A DNA stretch of 13,762 nucleotides. Source: a bacterium (GTDB lineage: Bacteria > CALINM01). The notes below the pieces were generated by a model that was given only the letters and a program-made list of their open reading frames with translations, was not told where the DNA came from and did not search any database. Position numbers and translations under genes: made by a program. The first letter of the stretch is position 1. The number at the start of each line of letters is the position of its first letter. The DNA is taken from contig JBEQAF010000051.1 of NCBI GenBank assembly GCA_041640455.1, forward strand, positions 1,840 through 15,601, given 5' to 3'. Positions 1 to 9,405 of this stretch are shown here, in pieces.

Positions 1-840
1 GAGATAGCAAAGCGAGGTACAGAGCTCGGGCTTAGAATGGTTATGGCTGTAAACGGAGTTCTTGTGACCGATGAGGTGGCAAAAAAAATGAAAGAGGTGG
101 GTATACAGAGAGTATCCATAAGTATTGACGGAGCCACTAAGGAGTCACACGATAATTTTAGAAAGGTTGATGGAGCCTTTGAGGGTGCCTTAAGAGGTAT
201 TGAGATTTTAAAAAAACACAATATAGAGTTTCAGATAAATACCACCATTACAAAACGAAATCTGGAGGAGCTACCAAAGATTTTAAACCTTGCCATAGAG
301 CTGGGAGCGGTAGCTTATCATCCCTTTCTTCTGGTGCCAACGGGAAGGGGTAAGGAGCTCGCATCAGAAGCATTAACAGCCACTGAATATGAAAAGGTAC
401 TCGAATGGTTTGAGGATATGAGAGATAAGGTCCCCCTGCAGTTTAAACCTACCTGTGCGCCCCATTATTACAGGATTATCAGACAGAAGGCTAAGGAGAA
501 GGGGAAAACTGTGGATTTTAAGTCCTATGGACTTGATGCCATGACTAAGGGATGTCTCGGTGGACAGGGATTTGCATTTATATCTCATCAGGGAGTCGTT
601 CAGATATGTGGTTATCTGGAAGTGCCTGCTGGAAACGTAAGGGAGCAGGATTTTAAAACCATCTGGGAGACCTCACCGCTATTTTTAAAAATGAGAGATC
701 TTGACCATTATCATGGGAAATGCGGAGTCTGCGAATACAGAAAGGTATGTGGTGGTTGCAGGGCAAGGGCTTACGAGTTTACTGGCGGGGATTATCTGGC
801 TGAAGAGCCGCTCTGCACTTTTATTCCATCTTGCAGATAG
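1..840 (+). CDS. ahbD: Radical SAM/SPASM protein, most like heme b synthase AhbD (5' truncated by the window edge)
   Basis: The frame is open from base 1 (EIAKRGTELGLR-MVMAVNG), so the true start and the CxxxCxxC motif lie upstream. It has SISIDG..HD.FR..GAF, PTCAPHYYRI, GCLGGQGFAFISH.G.VQICGYL and the SPASM cysteines CGVCEYRKVCGGCRARA...EPLC typical of AhbC/AhbD/NirJ. TCAPHYYR and GCLGG favour AhbD. Confidence 0.75.
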   Translation, partial: EIAKRGTELGLRMVMAVNGVLVTDEVAKKMKEVGIQRVSISIDGATKESHDNFRKVDGAFEGALRGIEILKKHNIEFQINTTITKRNLEELPKILNLAIELGAVAYHPFLLVPTGRGKELASEALTATEYEKVLEWFEDMRDKVPLQFKPTCAPHYYRIIRQKAKEKGKTVDFKSYGLDAMTKGCLGGQGFAFISHQGVVQICGYLEVPAGNVREQDFKTIWETSPLFLKMRDLDHYHGKCGVCEYRKVCGGCRARAYEFTGGDYLAEEPLCTFIPSCR

Positions 841-857
841 CATTAATGGGAGAGAAA

Positions 858-2072
858 ATGAGAGGAAGCTTAAAGATATGTGTGTTTGCTATTGTTTTAT
901 CCTGCCTTTTTTCATGTGGGAAAACAAAAGATGTGGAAAAAAAGGTGGATGGGCTTTTAAAAGCCAGAGACTATGCAAACGCCCTTTCGATTTTAGATGA
1001 AAGCATCAAAGAGGATCCTTCCAATAAAAGATATAGATTTCTCAAACTAAAAGTCTATGCCCGTTCTGGAAACACAGATATGGCTTATGAAGAGCTTGGC
1101 AGATTATACTCCATGACGGGAAAGGTTGATAAAGAGGTGCTGAAGGAGCTTATCACCGCTTCGGCTGGTTCTTTTATCTCCACCTATAAGTTTACATCGC
1201 TAATAAATCTTGCAGAGATGAAAAATCTTGATGAAGAAGCCATAAAATCTATACTGGATGCACTGGAAGATAAAGATGATACGGTCAAGGTGGGTGCAAT
1301 CTGGGCTGCAGGCAGGCACAAAATTATTAAATCAGAAAAGAGATTAATGGAGCTTTTAAATCACAAAAATCCAGGGGTGGTTTTTAATGCCCTGTGGGCT
1401 CTGGGGGAGCTGAGGACAGAAGGCGGTAAAGGTGTAATCTTAAACTTTGTCAACAATCCCAAAGACGAAAATTTTTTACCTGAGGCTATAATTGCCTTGG
1501 GAAAGTTGGGTGATAAATCAGCACTTACCTATCTAAAAAGATATATTAACTCTACCAATAAAAAGGTGTCAGTTGCAGCGCTTGCCACAACCAGTTATCT
1601 CGAGAAAGGTAGTCTTAAAGATGTTTTTGACTTCTATCAATCAAGAAAGGATGAAGAGGCTCTAAGCTTTCTTTATCTTGTGGCTGGTGAGCTGAAGATT
1701 AAAGAGACTGCTCCCTACCTTTTAAATGCTCTGAAAGAAAAATCCTCTGAATCAAAAGAGAGAGTCATTAGAGCTGCTGCAGAGATAGGCATTGATGACA
1801 GGGGATTGGTTGAACAGTTAAAAAGATTTCTGAAATCAAAGGACAACGGGGAACGCACCCAGGCATATTATGCATTATTTAAGCTGGGAGTGAAAGATAA
1901 GGATGCGTTTAAGGAAGGGGTATCTGACAAGCTCCCAGAGGTAAGGAGATTTTCCTATCTTGGACTGGGAATCATTAATGATAAAGAGAGTGAAGAGATA
2001 TTAATAACAAGGCTCATTTCAGCAAATATTTTTGACAGAATATCGGTAACATACGCCCTTGCATTAAAATAA
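858..2072 (+). CDS. Lipoprotein with an N-terminal TPR-like segment and HEAT/PBS-lyase-like repeats
   Basis: ATG at 858 follows GGGAGAG. Signal peptide with lipobox (…VLSCLFS-C). Repeated helical-hairpin motifs: VKVGAIWAAG, VVFNALWALGEL, EAIIALGKLGD, RTQAYYALFKLG, EVRRFSYLGLG. Confidence 0.75.
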   Translation: MRGSLKICVFAIVLSCLFSCGKTKDVEKKVDGLLKARDYANALSILDESIKEDPSNKRYRFLKLKVYARSGNTDMAYEELGRLYSMTGKVDKEVLKELITASAGSFISTYKFTSLINLAEMKNLDEEAIKSILDALEDKDDTVKVGAIWAAGRHKIIKSEKRLMELLNHKNPGVVFNALWALGELRTEGGKGVILNFVNNPKDENFLPEAIIALGKLGDKSALTYLKRYINSTNKKVSVAALATTSYLEKGSLKDVFDFYQSRKDEEALSFLYLVAGELKIKETAPYLLNALKEKSSESKERVIRAAAEIGIDDRGLVEQLKRFLKSKDNGERTQAYYALFKLGVKDKDAFKEGVSDKLPEVRRFSYLGLGIINDKESEEILITRLISANIFDRISVTYALALK

Positions 2073-2107
2073 ATGGTCTCTTATTATCCTCTGTTCTAAT
2101 TCTTTGT

Positions 2108-2137
2108 TTGACAAAGATTAGAATATTACAGTAAAAT
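2108..2137 (+). promoter_or_regulatory. Sigma70-type promoter for the aminotransferase-hom-thrC operon
   Basis: Perfect TTGACA (2108-2113), 18-nt spacer, TAAAAT (2132-2137). GGAGG RBS at 2149-2153 precedes ATG 2159. Confidence 0.65.
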
Positions 2138-2158
2138 TAAGAAACTTCGGAGGTTCGT

Positions 2159-3331
2159 ATGTTTGATTTCCCAAGAATTAAGAGACTGCCACCCTACGTG
2201 TTTAATATTGTTGTGGACCTAAAAAACAAGGCAAGGCGAGCAGGCGAGGATATAATTGATCTCGGGATGGGTAATCCCGATATTCCTACCCCTCAACACA
2301 TAGTTGATAAGCTTGTTGAGGCTTCCTATAACCCAAAAAATCATAGATATTCTGCATCTAAGGGGATAACAAAACTTAGAGTTGCCATTGCTGACTGGTA
2401 CAAAAGAAACTACGATGTGCATATAGACCCGGAGACAGAAGCAATAGTTACGATAGGAGCTAAAGAAGGGCTATCTCATTTTGCGCTGGCAGTGCTTGAA
2501 AGAGGCGATGTGGCTTTAGTTCCCAATCCCACCTATCCTATTCATACTTACTGTGCCGTTATGGCTGGTGCCGATGTGCACTCCATACCTTTTACAGAAG
2601 ACAGAGATTTTTTTGTTGAGCTCGAAAAGTCTGTTAAAAGGGTCTGGCCACAGCCGAAACTTCTTTTGCTAAGCTTCCCTCATAACCCTACCACGAGGGT
2701 GATAGATATAAACTTTTTTGAGCGTATAGTAGATTATGCGAAGGAGAACAAAATAATAGTTGTTCATGACTTTGCCTATGCAGATCTATGTTTTGATGGA
2801 TATAGGGCGCCCAGCTTTATGCAGGTTCCGGGAGCAAAGGACGTGGGGATTGAGTTCTATTCGCTATCCAAGGGGTACAGTATGCCCGGCTGGAGAGTTG
2901 CCTTTGCCGTCGGGAACAGTGAACTTATTAATGCACTGGCAAGGCTGAAAAGTTATTTTGACTATGGGGTTTTTCAGCCCATCCAGATTGCTTCAATTAT
3001 TGCCCTTAATGGTCCCAGAGACTGTGTGGAACAGATCAGGGATATCTATAAAACCAGAAGGGATGTGCTCTGCGATGGTTTATCCAAGATTGGCTGGAGT
3101 ATAGAGAAGCCTAAAGGTACCATGTTTGTCTGGGCAAAAATACCCGATGCATTTAAACATCTGGGCTCCATTGAGTTTTCTAAACTGCTTTTAAAGGAGG
3201 CAAAGGTTGCCGTATCACCGGGTATAGGTTTTGGAGAGTATGGGGAGGGCTATATACGGTTTTCGCTGGTTGAAAATGAACACAGAATAAAGCAGGCAGT
3301 CAGAGGTATTAAAAAAGTGCTGGGAAAATAA
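2159..3331 (+). CDS. alaC: PLP-dependent class I/II aminotransferase, AlaC (alanine transaminase)-like; related to LL-diaminopimelate aminotransferase
   Basis: [36 protein letters not shown] and the PLP-lysine motif [13 protein letters not shown]. Confidence 0.75.
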   Translation: MFDFPRIKRLPPYVFNIVVDLKNKARRAGEDIIDLGMGNPDIPTPQHIVDKLVEASYNPKNHRYSASKGITKLRVAIADWYKRNYDVHIDPETEAIVTIGAKEGLSHFALAVLERGDVALVPNPTYPIHTYCAVMAGADVHSIPFTEDRDFFVELEKSVKRVWPQPKLLLLSFPHNPTTRVIDINFFERIVDYAKENKIIVVHDFAYADLCFDGYRAPSFMQVPGAKDVGIEFYSLSKGYSMPGWRVAFAVGNSELINALARLKSYFDYGVFQPIQIASIIALNGPRDCVEQIRDIYKTRRDVLCDGLSKIGWSIEKPKGTMFVWAKIPDAFKHLGSIEFSKLLLKEAKVAVSPGIGFGEYGEGYIRFSLVENEHRIKQAVRGIKKVLGK

Positions 3332-3333
3332 CT

Positions 3334-4647
3334 ATGAAAAAGATTAACTTTGGCATTATTGGCTTTGGCACGGTCGGTTCAGGTGTGGTTAGGCTTTATC
3401 TTGATAATCTTGAAGAGATAAAGAAAAGACTGAATTTTGAGCTAAATCTGAAGGCAATTGCAGAGAAAACAAAAAAATCCAAAGAGGGGGTTAAAACTCC
3501 CGATTATATTAAAATCACCGATGACGCGGATGAGCTTATAAATGATAAGGATATACATATTGTTGTTGAGCTTATTGGCGGCAAAAGCCTGGCAAAAAAA
3601 TTTATAATTGATGCCATAAAAAAGGGAAAGCACATAGTCACAGCCAATAAGGCTTTGCTGGCTGAGGAAGGTGAGGAGATATTTGACCTGTGCGATAAGC
3701 ATAAAACAGAGATAGGTTATGAGGCATCGGTTGCAGGTGTAATTCCCATTATCAGGAGTATAAAGGAAAATCTGGCTGGCGACCGGATAGAGAGCATTTA
3801 TGGCATTATTAATGGCACATGTAATTATATTCTTACTAAAATGGCAGAAGAGGGAAGAGATTTTAATGAGGTCTTAAAGGAAGCTCAGCAACTGGGATAT
3901 GCTGAGGCAGATCCCACCCTTGATATAGAAGGGATTGATGCAGCTCACAAAATATCTATTCTTTCCTCTCTCTCTTTCGGGAAAAAAATCAGATTTGCTG
4001 ATATATACAGGGAAGGCATCACAAATATAACTAATCTGGATATAAGATTTGCCGCAAATTTTGGCTACGTGATAAAACTACTTGCCATATCAAAAAAACA
4101 GGGCGAAAAGATAGAAGTCAGGCTTCATCCAACCCTTATACCGAGAGAACATCCGCTGGCAAGTGTAAGAAGAGAATTTAATGCCGTATTTGTGAAAGGA
4201 TACGGCTCAGGTCCCATTCTTCTTTATGGAAAAGGCGCTGGCATGATGCCCACTGCTTCAGCCGTTCTTGGAGATGTTATATCCATTGCGAGAAATATTG
4301 CAAATAATGTTTCCTGTCTTACGCCTAATAGAGGTTATATACCTGACCATATTGAAGATGCAAAGCTTGTTGATATTAATCAGGTGGTCTGCAAATATTT
4401 TATCAGGCTGATGGTGGTTGACAAACCTGGTGTGCTTGCTGCCATATCGGGCATTCTTGGAAAAAAGAAGATAAGCATAGCTTCGGTTATTCAGGAAGGT
4501 AGAAATGAGGAAGGTGGTGCAGTTCCACTTGTAATAATTACCCATGAGACCAAAGAAAAGAAGCTCAGAGAGGCTTTAAAAGAGATTGAGAAGATAAATA
4601 TTACCTTTGATAAACCAGTATTTTTGAGAATAGAAGACAATCTATAA
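3334..4647 (+). CDS. hom: Homoserine dehydrogenase with C-terminal ACT domain
   Basis: GFGTVGSG Rossmann motif, [53 protein letters not shown] and ACT motif DKPGVLA.I. Confidence 0.95.
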   Translation: MKKINFGIIGFGTVGSGVVRLYLDNLEEIKKRLNFELNLKAIAEKTKKSKEGVKTPDYIKITDDADELINDKDIHIVVELIGGKSLAKKFIIDAIKKGKHIVTANKALLAEEGEEIFDLCDKHKTEIGYEASVAGVIPIIRSIKENLAGDRIESIYGIINGTCNYILTKMAEEGRDFNEVLKEAQQLGYAEADPTLDIEGIDAAHKISILSSLSFGKKIRFADIYREGITNITNLDIRFAANFGYVIKLLAISKKQGEKIEVRLHPTLIPREHPLASVRREFNAVFVKGYGSGPILLYGKGAGMMPTASAVLGDVISIARNIANNVSCLTPNRGYIPDHIEDAKLVDINQVVCKYFIRLMVVDKPGVLAAISGILGKKKISIASVIQEGRNEEGGAVPLVIITHETKEKKLREALKEIEKINITFDKPVFLRIEDNL

Positions 4648-4658
4648 CTGGAGATAGC

Positions 4659-5711
4659 ATGATCTGGCAGGGAATTATTAAACATTATCTGGAATTTTTT
4701 AGTATTGATGAGAAGCATATTGTAACTCTTCTTGAGGGGAACACGCCGCTTATTAAATCAGTTTACATTGGCAAAAGCTTAAAAAAAACAGTAAATCTCT
4801 ATTTTAAATATGAGGGGCTCAATCCTACCGGCTCATTTAAAGACAGGGGAATGACCTATGCTATAAGCAAAGCCGTTGAAAGCGGTTCTAAGGCAGTAAT
4901 ATGCGCCTCCACTGGCAATACCTCCGCATCAGCAGCAGCCTATGCGGCAAGGGCAGAGATTAAATGCATAGTTCTGATACCGGAAGGGAAAATTGCTCTC
5001 GGAAAGCTTTCTCAGGCTATGATTCACGGTGCCAGGGTAATTCAGATTAAGGGCAATTTTGATGATGCATTAAAAATTGTAAGAGAGATATCAGAAAATT
5101 ATCCCATCACACTTGTAAACTCCCTTAACCCCCATAGACTTGAGGGTCAGAAAACAGCTGCCTTTGAGATCTGCGATGTGCTGGGCAGCGCACCTGATTG
5201 TCATATCCTTCCTGTAGGAAATGCTGGAAATATCTCCGCCTACTGGATGGGTTATAAACAATATAAGTCTGCCGGCAAAATTAATAGACTGCCAAGAATG
5301 CTTGGTTTTCAGGCAGAGGGCGCTGCACCTATAGTAAGGGGCTATCCAATTGAGAAACCTGAAACTATAGCAACAGCAATAAGAATTGGCAATCCAGCAA
5401 GCTGGGACAAGGCAGTCAGAGCAAGAGATGAGTCTGGTGGATTGATTGATATGGTATCAGACGAGGAGATTATAAGGGCATATAAGCTTCTTGCTTCAAA
5501 GGAGGGAGTTTTTTGTGAGCCTGCATCGGCGGCATCCGTTGCTGGACTGATTAAGCTCTCAGAAAGAGATTATTTTAATGGAGGAGAGACCATAGTCTGC
5601 ACCCTTACAGGGCATGGACTAAAAGATCCCGATAACGCCATTGCAAACTCCGAAAAAACGCTTGCTGCCAGACCTGATTTACAGGAAATTTTAAAAATTA
5701 TAGAAGAATAG
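4659..5711 (+). CDS. thrC: Threonine synthase
   Basis: EGNTPL, PLP-lysine motif [44 protein letters not shown] and TGHGLKD. Lies directly after hom. Confidence 0.95.
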   Translation: MIWQGIIKHYLEFFSIDEKHIVTLLEGNTPLIKSVYIGKSLKKTVNLYFKYEGLNPTGSFKDRGMTYAISKAVESGSKAVICASTGNTSASAAAYAARAEIKCIVLIPEGKIALGKLSQAMIHGARVIQIKGNFDDALKIVREISENYPITLVNSLNPHRLEGQKTAAFEICDVLGSAPDCHILPVGNAGNISAYWMGYKQYKSAGKINRLPRMLGFQAEGAAPIVRGYPIEKPETIATAIRIGNPASWDKAVRARDESGGLIDMVSDEEIIRAYKLLASKEGVFCEPASAASVAGLIKLSERDYFNGGETIVCTLTGHGLKDPDNAIANSEKTLAARPDLQEILKIIEE

Positions 5712-5720
5712 GGAGGAAGC

Positions 5721-6326
5721 ATGAAACCGGTTGAAAAATCACTTTTTGATTATCAGAAGAAGCTCTCAGATTCAGTTGGAGATCTGGTTGATATGATCAG
5801 CCTGATTTATGATGGTTTTATAAAACACAAGAAAAGTTTACTTCACGAGGCTGAGCAGATCGGGAAAAAGGTACACCAGTTTGAAAAGGACTTTACTGAG
5901 GAGATTATTAAGGAAGGCAATAAGGATAGCGTAAGGCTTTTAATAACCATTGCGGGTCACCTGGAGCGGATTAGCGACTGTTTTTATAATGTAATTAAAA
6001 CGGTGGAGATAAAGATTAAGGAAGGTACGCTATTTTCTGATAAAGCTGTTTCAGAGCTTAACTACCTTTTTAACACCACAAAGGATCTGTTAAAGAACCT
6101 GAAAGACCTAATTACAACCTTTAACAATGTTCTTATAGACCATATTTTGTCTCACGGAACTAAGGCAAATCAGATGGCAGATGAGTTTTCTACCCAGCAT
6201 GAGGAGAGGCTTGTAACAGGTATATGCCATCCCAAGCATTCCTCCATGTATCTGGATATTCTTGACAATCTCAGGATGAGTATCTGGCATATTAAGGAGA
6301 TCTCAAGAAGAATAGAGACATTCTGA
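5721..6326 (+). CDS. Soluble PhoU-like helical-bundle protein resembling the cytoplasmic domain of Na+/Pi cotransporters
   Basis: Two helical repeats containing GHLERISD and HEERL..G.C....SSMYLDILDNL...WH..EI. No transmembrane segment. GGGAGGA RBS upstream. Confidence 0.65.
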   Translation: MKPVEKSLFDYQKKLSDSVGDLVDMISLIYDGFIKHKKSLLHEAEQIGKKVHQFEKDFTEEIIKEGNKDSVRLLITIAGHLERISDCFYNVIKTVEIKIKEGTLFSDKAVSELNYLFNTTKDLLKNLKDLITTFNNVLIDHILSHGTKANQMADEFSTQHEERLVTGICHPKHSSMYLDILDNLRMSIWHIKEISRRIETF

Positions 6327-6331
6327 TACCA

Positions 6332-7465
6332 ATGCCATCTTATAAAAATGTATTATACTGTTACTCAGATGAGTTTTTGAAATATGATTACGGAGAAGAG
6401 CATCCTCTTAAAGTTTACAGGTTAAAATTAGCCTATGAGCTGTCGAAGGCTTATGGGCTATTCTCCCGTGCAGATCTTGTTAATCCTGAGTATTGCGAAG
6501 AAGAAGATCTACTAAAAGTTCATTCAAGTCATTATATCTATGTGCTTAAATCCTGTAATAGCGGGCTATGTCCGCCAGAATCTTTTTTTTATAATCTTGG
6601 GACCTCCGATAACCCAATTTTTGAAGGAGTTTATGACTGGTCTGCTCTGGTCTGTGGCGCATCTCTTATGGGAGCAAGAGCTCTAATACACGGAGCAACA
6701 GATATATTTTTCAATATCTCTGGGGGGCTTCATCATGCCATGAGCGAAAGAGCTTCCGGGTTCTGTTATCTTAATGATGCAGCGGTGGCGATTAAACATA
6801 TGATAGATGATGGAAAAAAGGTGCTTTATATTGACACAGATGCCCATCATGGAGACGGAGTGGAAAAGATATTTTATAATAGTTCAAAGGTAATGACCAT
6901 CTCCTTTCATGAATCGGGAAAGTATCTCTTTCCTGGAACAGGTTTTGAGTCTGATATCGGGGCTGGCGATGGTTTGGGCTTTGCTGTTAACTTTCCCATG
7001 CACCCCTATACGGATGATGAAAACTTTTTAAGAGCCTTTTTTGAGATTGTGCCTCCTCTTATTGATGCCTTTAAACCCCATGTTCTTGTAACCCAGCTCG
7101 GTGTTGACTGCTTTTATAACGACCCGCTTGCCACATTAAACCTTAGCACCATATCCTTTGAAAAGATTGTAAGGTTTTATAAGGATTTAAACATACCCTG
7201 GCTTGCTCTTGGTGGTGGAGGATATAATGTGGCTAATGTTGCGAGGGCATGGACGATTGCCCTTGCTATAATGACAGATACAGAGATTGATGATCCTGTG
7301 CCTTCTCAATTTCAGGATGTGGCAGGACAGTATAAAATTCAGCTGAAGGCACTAAAAGATAAAAAAAGTGTTATAGATCCAGAGTTTCATGCATCGGTTA
7401 CCAGAGAGACCAGCAGGGTTATAGAAAAGCTCAAAAAGCATCTATTCCCCTATCATCATTTATAA
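6332..7465 (+). CDS. acuC: Zn-dependent deacetylase, histone deacetylase/AcuC family
   Basis: HPLK..R, GGLHHA, SGFCYLND, YIDTDAHHGDGV, SFHESG.YLFPGTG, QLGVD....DPL and LGGGGY. Confidence 0.85.
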   Translation: MPSYKNVLYCYSDEFLKYDYGEEHPLKVYRLKLAYELSKAYGLFSRADLVNPEYCEEEDLLKVHSSHYIYVLKSCNSGLCPPESFFYNLGTSDNPIFEGVYDWSALVCGASLMGARALIHGATDIFFNISGGLHHAMSERASGFCYLNDAAVAIKHMIDDGKKVLYIDTDAHHGDGVEKIFYNSSKVMTISFHESGKYLFPGTGFESDIGAGDGLGFAVNFPMHPYTDDENFLRAFFEIVPPLIDAFKPHVLVTQLGVDCFYNDPLATLNLSTISFEKIVRFYKDLNIPWLALGGGGYNVANVARAWTIALAIMTDTEIDDPVPSQFQDVAGQYKIQLKALKDKKSVIDPEFHASVTRETSRVIEKLKKHLFPYHHL

Positions 7466-7477
7466 ATAACACTTTTT

Positions 7478-7807
7478 TTACTTTGCCAGACTTTCAATAT
7501 AGGCAACCAGAGCTTTCATATCCTGAGAGTTTTTGTCAAGGGCTTTGCCTTTCATGGCACTGGCAATACAGAAATTAATTACATCTTCAAGAGATTTAAC
7601 CGGCTTCCCCATCACCGAAAACTCCTTTTTAGTGGCTGATTTTTCAAGCCCTTTGCCGTTTGGATGACAGCTATTGCAGGAAGAGCCTGTTTTCCCGAGC
7701 TGGGGATCATTGAAAAGGGTTTTGCCTCTTTCAATCAACTTTGAATCAGCAAAGGAGATGCCACAAAAAATAAATAATAAAATCATGGAAAATAAAGCTT
7801 TTTTCAT
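7478..7807 (-). CDS. Periplasmic monoheme cytochrome c resembling the TsdA/SoxA heme-1 domain
   Basis: Sec signal peptide (…GISFA-D), RGK.LF, CNSCH heme motif and LEDVINFCIASAMKG…DMKALVAYIESL. AGGAGG RBS at about 7815-7820 on the minus strand. Confidence 0.85.
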   Translation of the reverse strand: MKKALFSMILLFIFCGISFADSKLIERGKTLFNDPQLGKTGSSCNSCHPNGKGLEKSATKKEFSVMGKPVKSLEDVINFCIASAMKGKALDKNSQDMKALVAYIESLAK

Positions 7808-7861
7808 ACATTTACCTCCTTTTTGTAAAAGAGCAATAAAAACTATTTCCAGAAAGTAAAA

Positions 7862-8380
7862 CTATTTATCCAGCATGGCAATAATTCTTGCTAACTCCTG
7901 TCCCTCCACATAGCCGGCAAATGATTGAATTAGCTTTCCATTCTTGTCAAAGACAAATGTGGCAGGTATGGCATCCACTTTATAAGCCGTTGTTAGCTCT
8001 TGAGAAGATAAAAATAATGGATAGTTCAGGTTAACCTTTTCTGCAAACGGAAGGACTACCTCTGCACCGCCGTCATCAATCCCTATCCCTATAAACTCCA
8101 CATTTTTGCCCTTATAGGTTTTGTAAAGCTCCACAAGCTCAGGGACTTCCTTCCTGCAGGGAGGACACCAGGTAGCAAAAAAGTTTACCAGCACAACCTT
8201 CCCTTTGTTGTTGCCAATTATATCCTGTAAATCCTTAGATGTTAAGGATTTTAATGCGGCTTTTGACTGTGAGACAGCATTGGCATTTGAGGGAGCATTT
8301 GCATCTGAGGTCTGCTGTTCCTTTTTAGAGCAGGAAAAGATAAGGATTGTGATAGCCAGCAAAGCAATAATTTTTTTCAT
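7862..8380 (-). CDS. TlpA/ResA-family thioredoxin-like lipoprotein (disulfide reductase)
   Basis: Lipobox ILIFS-C, low-complexity linker, GKVVLVNFFATWCPPCRKEVP and cis-Pro loop AIPATFVFDKNG. Confidence 0.9.
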   Translation of the reverse strand: MKKIIALLAITILIFSCSKKEQQTSDANAPSNANAVSQSKAALKSLTSKDLQDIIGNNKGKVVLVNFFATWCPPCRKEVPELVELYKTYKGKNVEFIGIGIDDGGAEVVLPFAEKVNLNYPLFLSSQELTTAYKVDAIPATFVFDKNGKLIQSFAGYVEGQELARIIAMLDK

Positions 8381-8383
8381 TTT

Positions 8384-9265
8384 TTAGATCTCCTTTGGTT
8401 TAAATCTATTTTCTTTTGCTCCTACTAATTCTATAGATATTGCCCCGAATTTACAAGAGTCCGAGTAGCATTTAAAGCATCTTATGCAGTTAAGCTGGTT
8501 TGCTCCATCTGGAAATTTTAAATGCATGGGGCAGTCTCTGTAGCACTGAAAGCATCTTACACATTTATCTTTATGATGCACCATCCTTAATATGCTTATT
8601 TTATTAAAAAGTGAATAAAATCCGCCAAGAGGGCAGATGGTGCGACAGAATGGCCTTCTGATAAAGACCATAGCTATAAGAAGTATAAAAAGTATGGTCA
8701 GTTTATGATAAAAAAGTATACCAATCAATCTCCTTAGCGATGTGTCAAGAAACATTAGCGGAATACCTGCTTCCAGTGTGCCTGCAGGACAGACATATTT
8801 ACAGAACCAGGTGATACCGTATCCAAACTCATCAAGGACAGTTGCAGGAAGAATAAATACAAATCCAAATAGAAAAATATACTTTCCATATTGAAGTTTT
8901 GATGGAATATCAAACTTTTTTGAGGGGATTTTGTGTATTAGTTCCTGAAGAAAACCAAAAGGGCAGAGCCAGCCGCATGGAAATCTACCTACAATCATCC
9001 CTAAGGTACCGATAAATCCTATTACATAAAAACCCAGATAATACTTTCCAATTGATAAAGAGTTTTTAAGTCCACCCATAATAACCTGCAACGACCCCAT
9101 AGGGCAGGCAAGTATAGATGCGGGGCAGGAGTAGCAGTTAAGCCCTGGCGCACAGAAAGACTTTGTATAACCCTGATAAATTTTTTTTGTAAAGATAAAA
9201 CCAAAGTAGGAATTATTTATGAACGTGAAACCAGACTGGATAAGCCGTCGCAAATGCTGAATCAT
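8384..9265 (-). CDS. Membrane 4Fe-4S-binding protein of the NapH/MauN-like polyferredoxin type
   Basis: Several hydrophobic helices. Cys motifs: CAPGLNCYSCP..ACPMG, CGWLCPFG, CKYVCPAG, CRTICPLG, and C-terminal CVRCFQCYRDCP and CIRCFKCYSDSC. Confidence 0.85.
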   Translation of the reverse strand: MIQHLRRLIQSGFTFINNSYFGFIFTKKIYQGYTKSFCAPGLNCYSCPASILACPMGSLQVIMGGLKNSLSIGKYYLGFYVIGFIGTLGMIVGRFPCGWLCPFGFLQELIHKIPSKKFDIPSKLQYGKYIFLFGFVFILPATVLDEFGYGITWFCKYVCPAGTLEAGIPLMFLDTSLRRLIGILFYHKLTILFILLIAMVFIRRPFCRTICPLGGFYSLFNKISILRMVHHKDKCVRCFQCYRDCPMHLKFPDGANQLNCIRCFKCYSDSCKFGAISIELVGAKENRFKPKEI

Positions 9266-9399
9266 CCGATCCCCACACAGCTGAGGCAGATTTTTATTGC
9301 CTTTTCAAGCACAGGAACATATTCTCCGAGATTTATACCTGTAAGAAATATCAGAACAAACAGTATAAAAAGTAGATAGCTAATACGAGCTGAATTCAT
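9262..9399 (-). CDS. Small (45 aa) membrane peptide with C-terminal CxxC, CD1871A-like family
   Basis: MNSARISYLLFILFVLIFLTGINLGEYVPVLEKAIKICLSCVGIG: one TM helix plus a KA..ICLSC.GIG tail. Its stop overlaps the next start (ATGA, 9262-9265). Start placed at ATG 9399 rather than 9468. Confidence 0.8.
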   Translation of the reverse strand: MNSARISYLLFILFVLIFLTGINLGEYVPVLEKAIKICLSCVGIG

Positions 9400-9405
9400 A
9401 TAAGA

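Noticed and set aside
831..857. TTG start at 831 for the lipoprotein
   Set aside because: It overlaps the upstream gene and lacks an RBS. ATG 858 has an RBS and gives a normal-length signal peptide.
2073..2158. Threonine attenuator, T-box or riboswitch ahead of the amino-acid operon
   Set aside because: The predicted leader is only about 15 nt, with no leader peptide or structured RNA.
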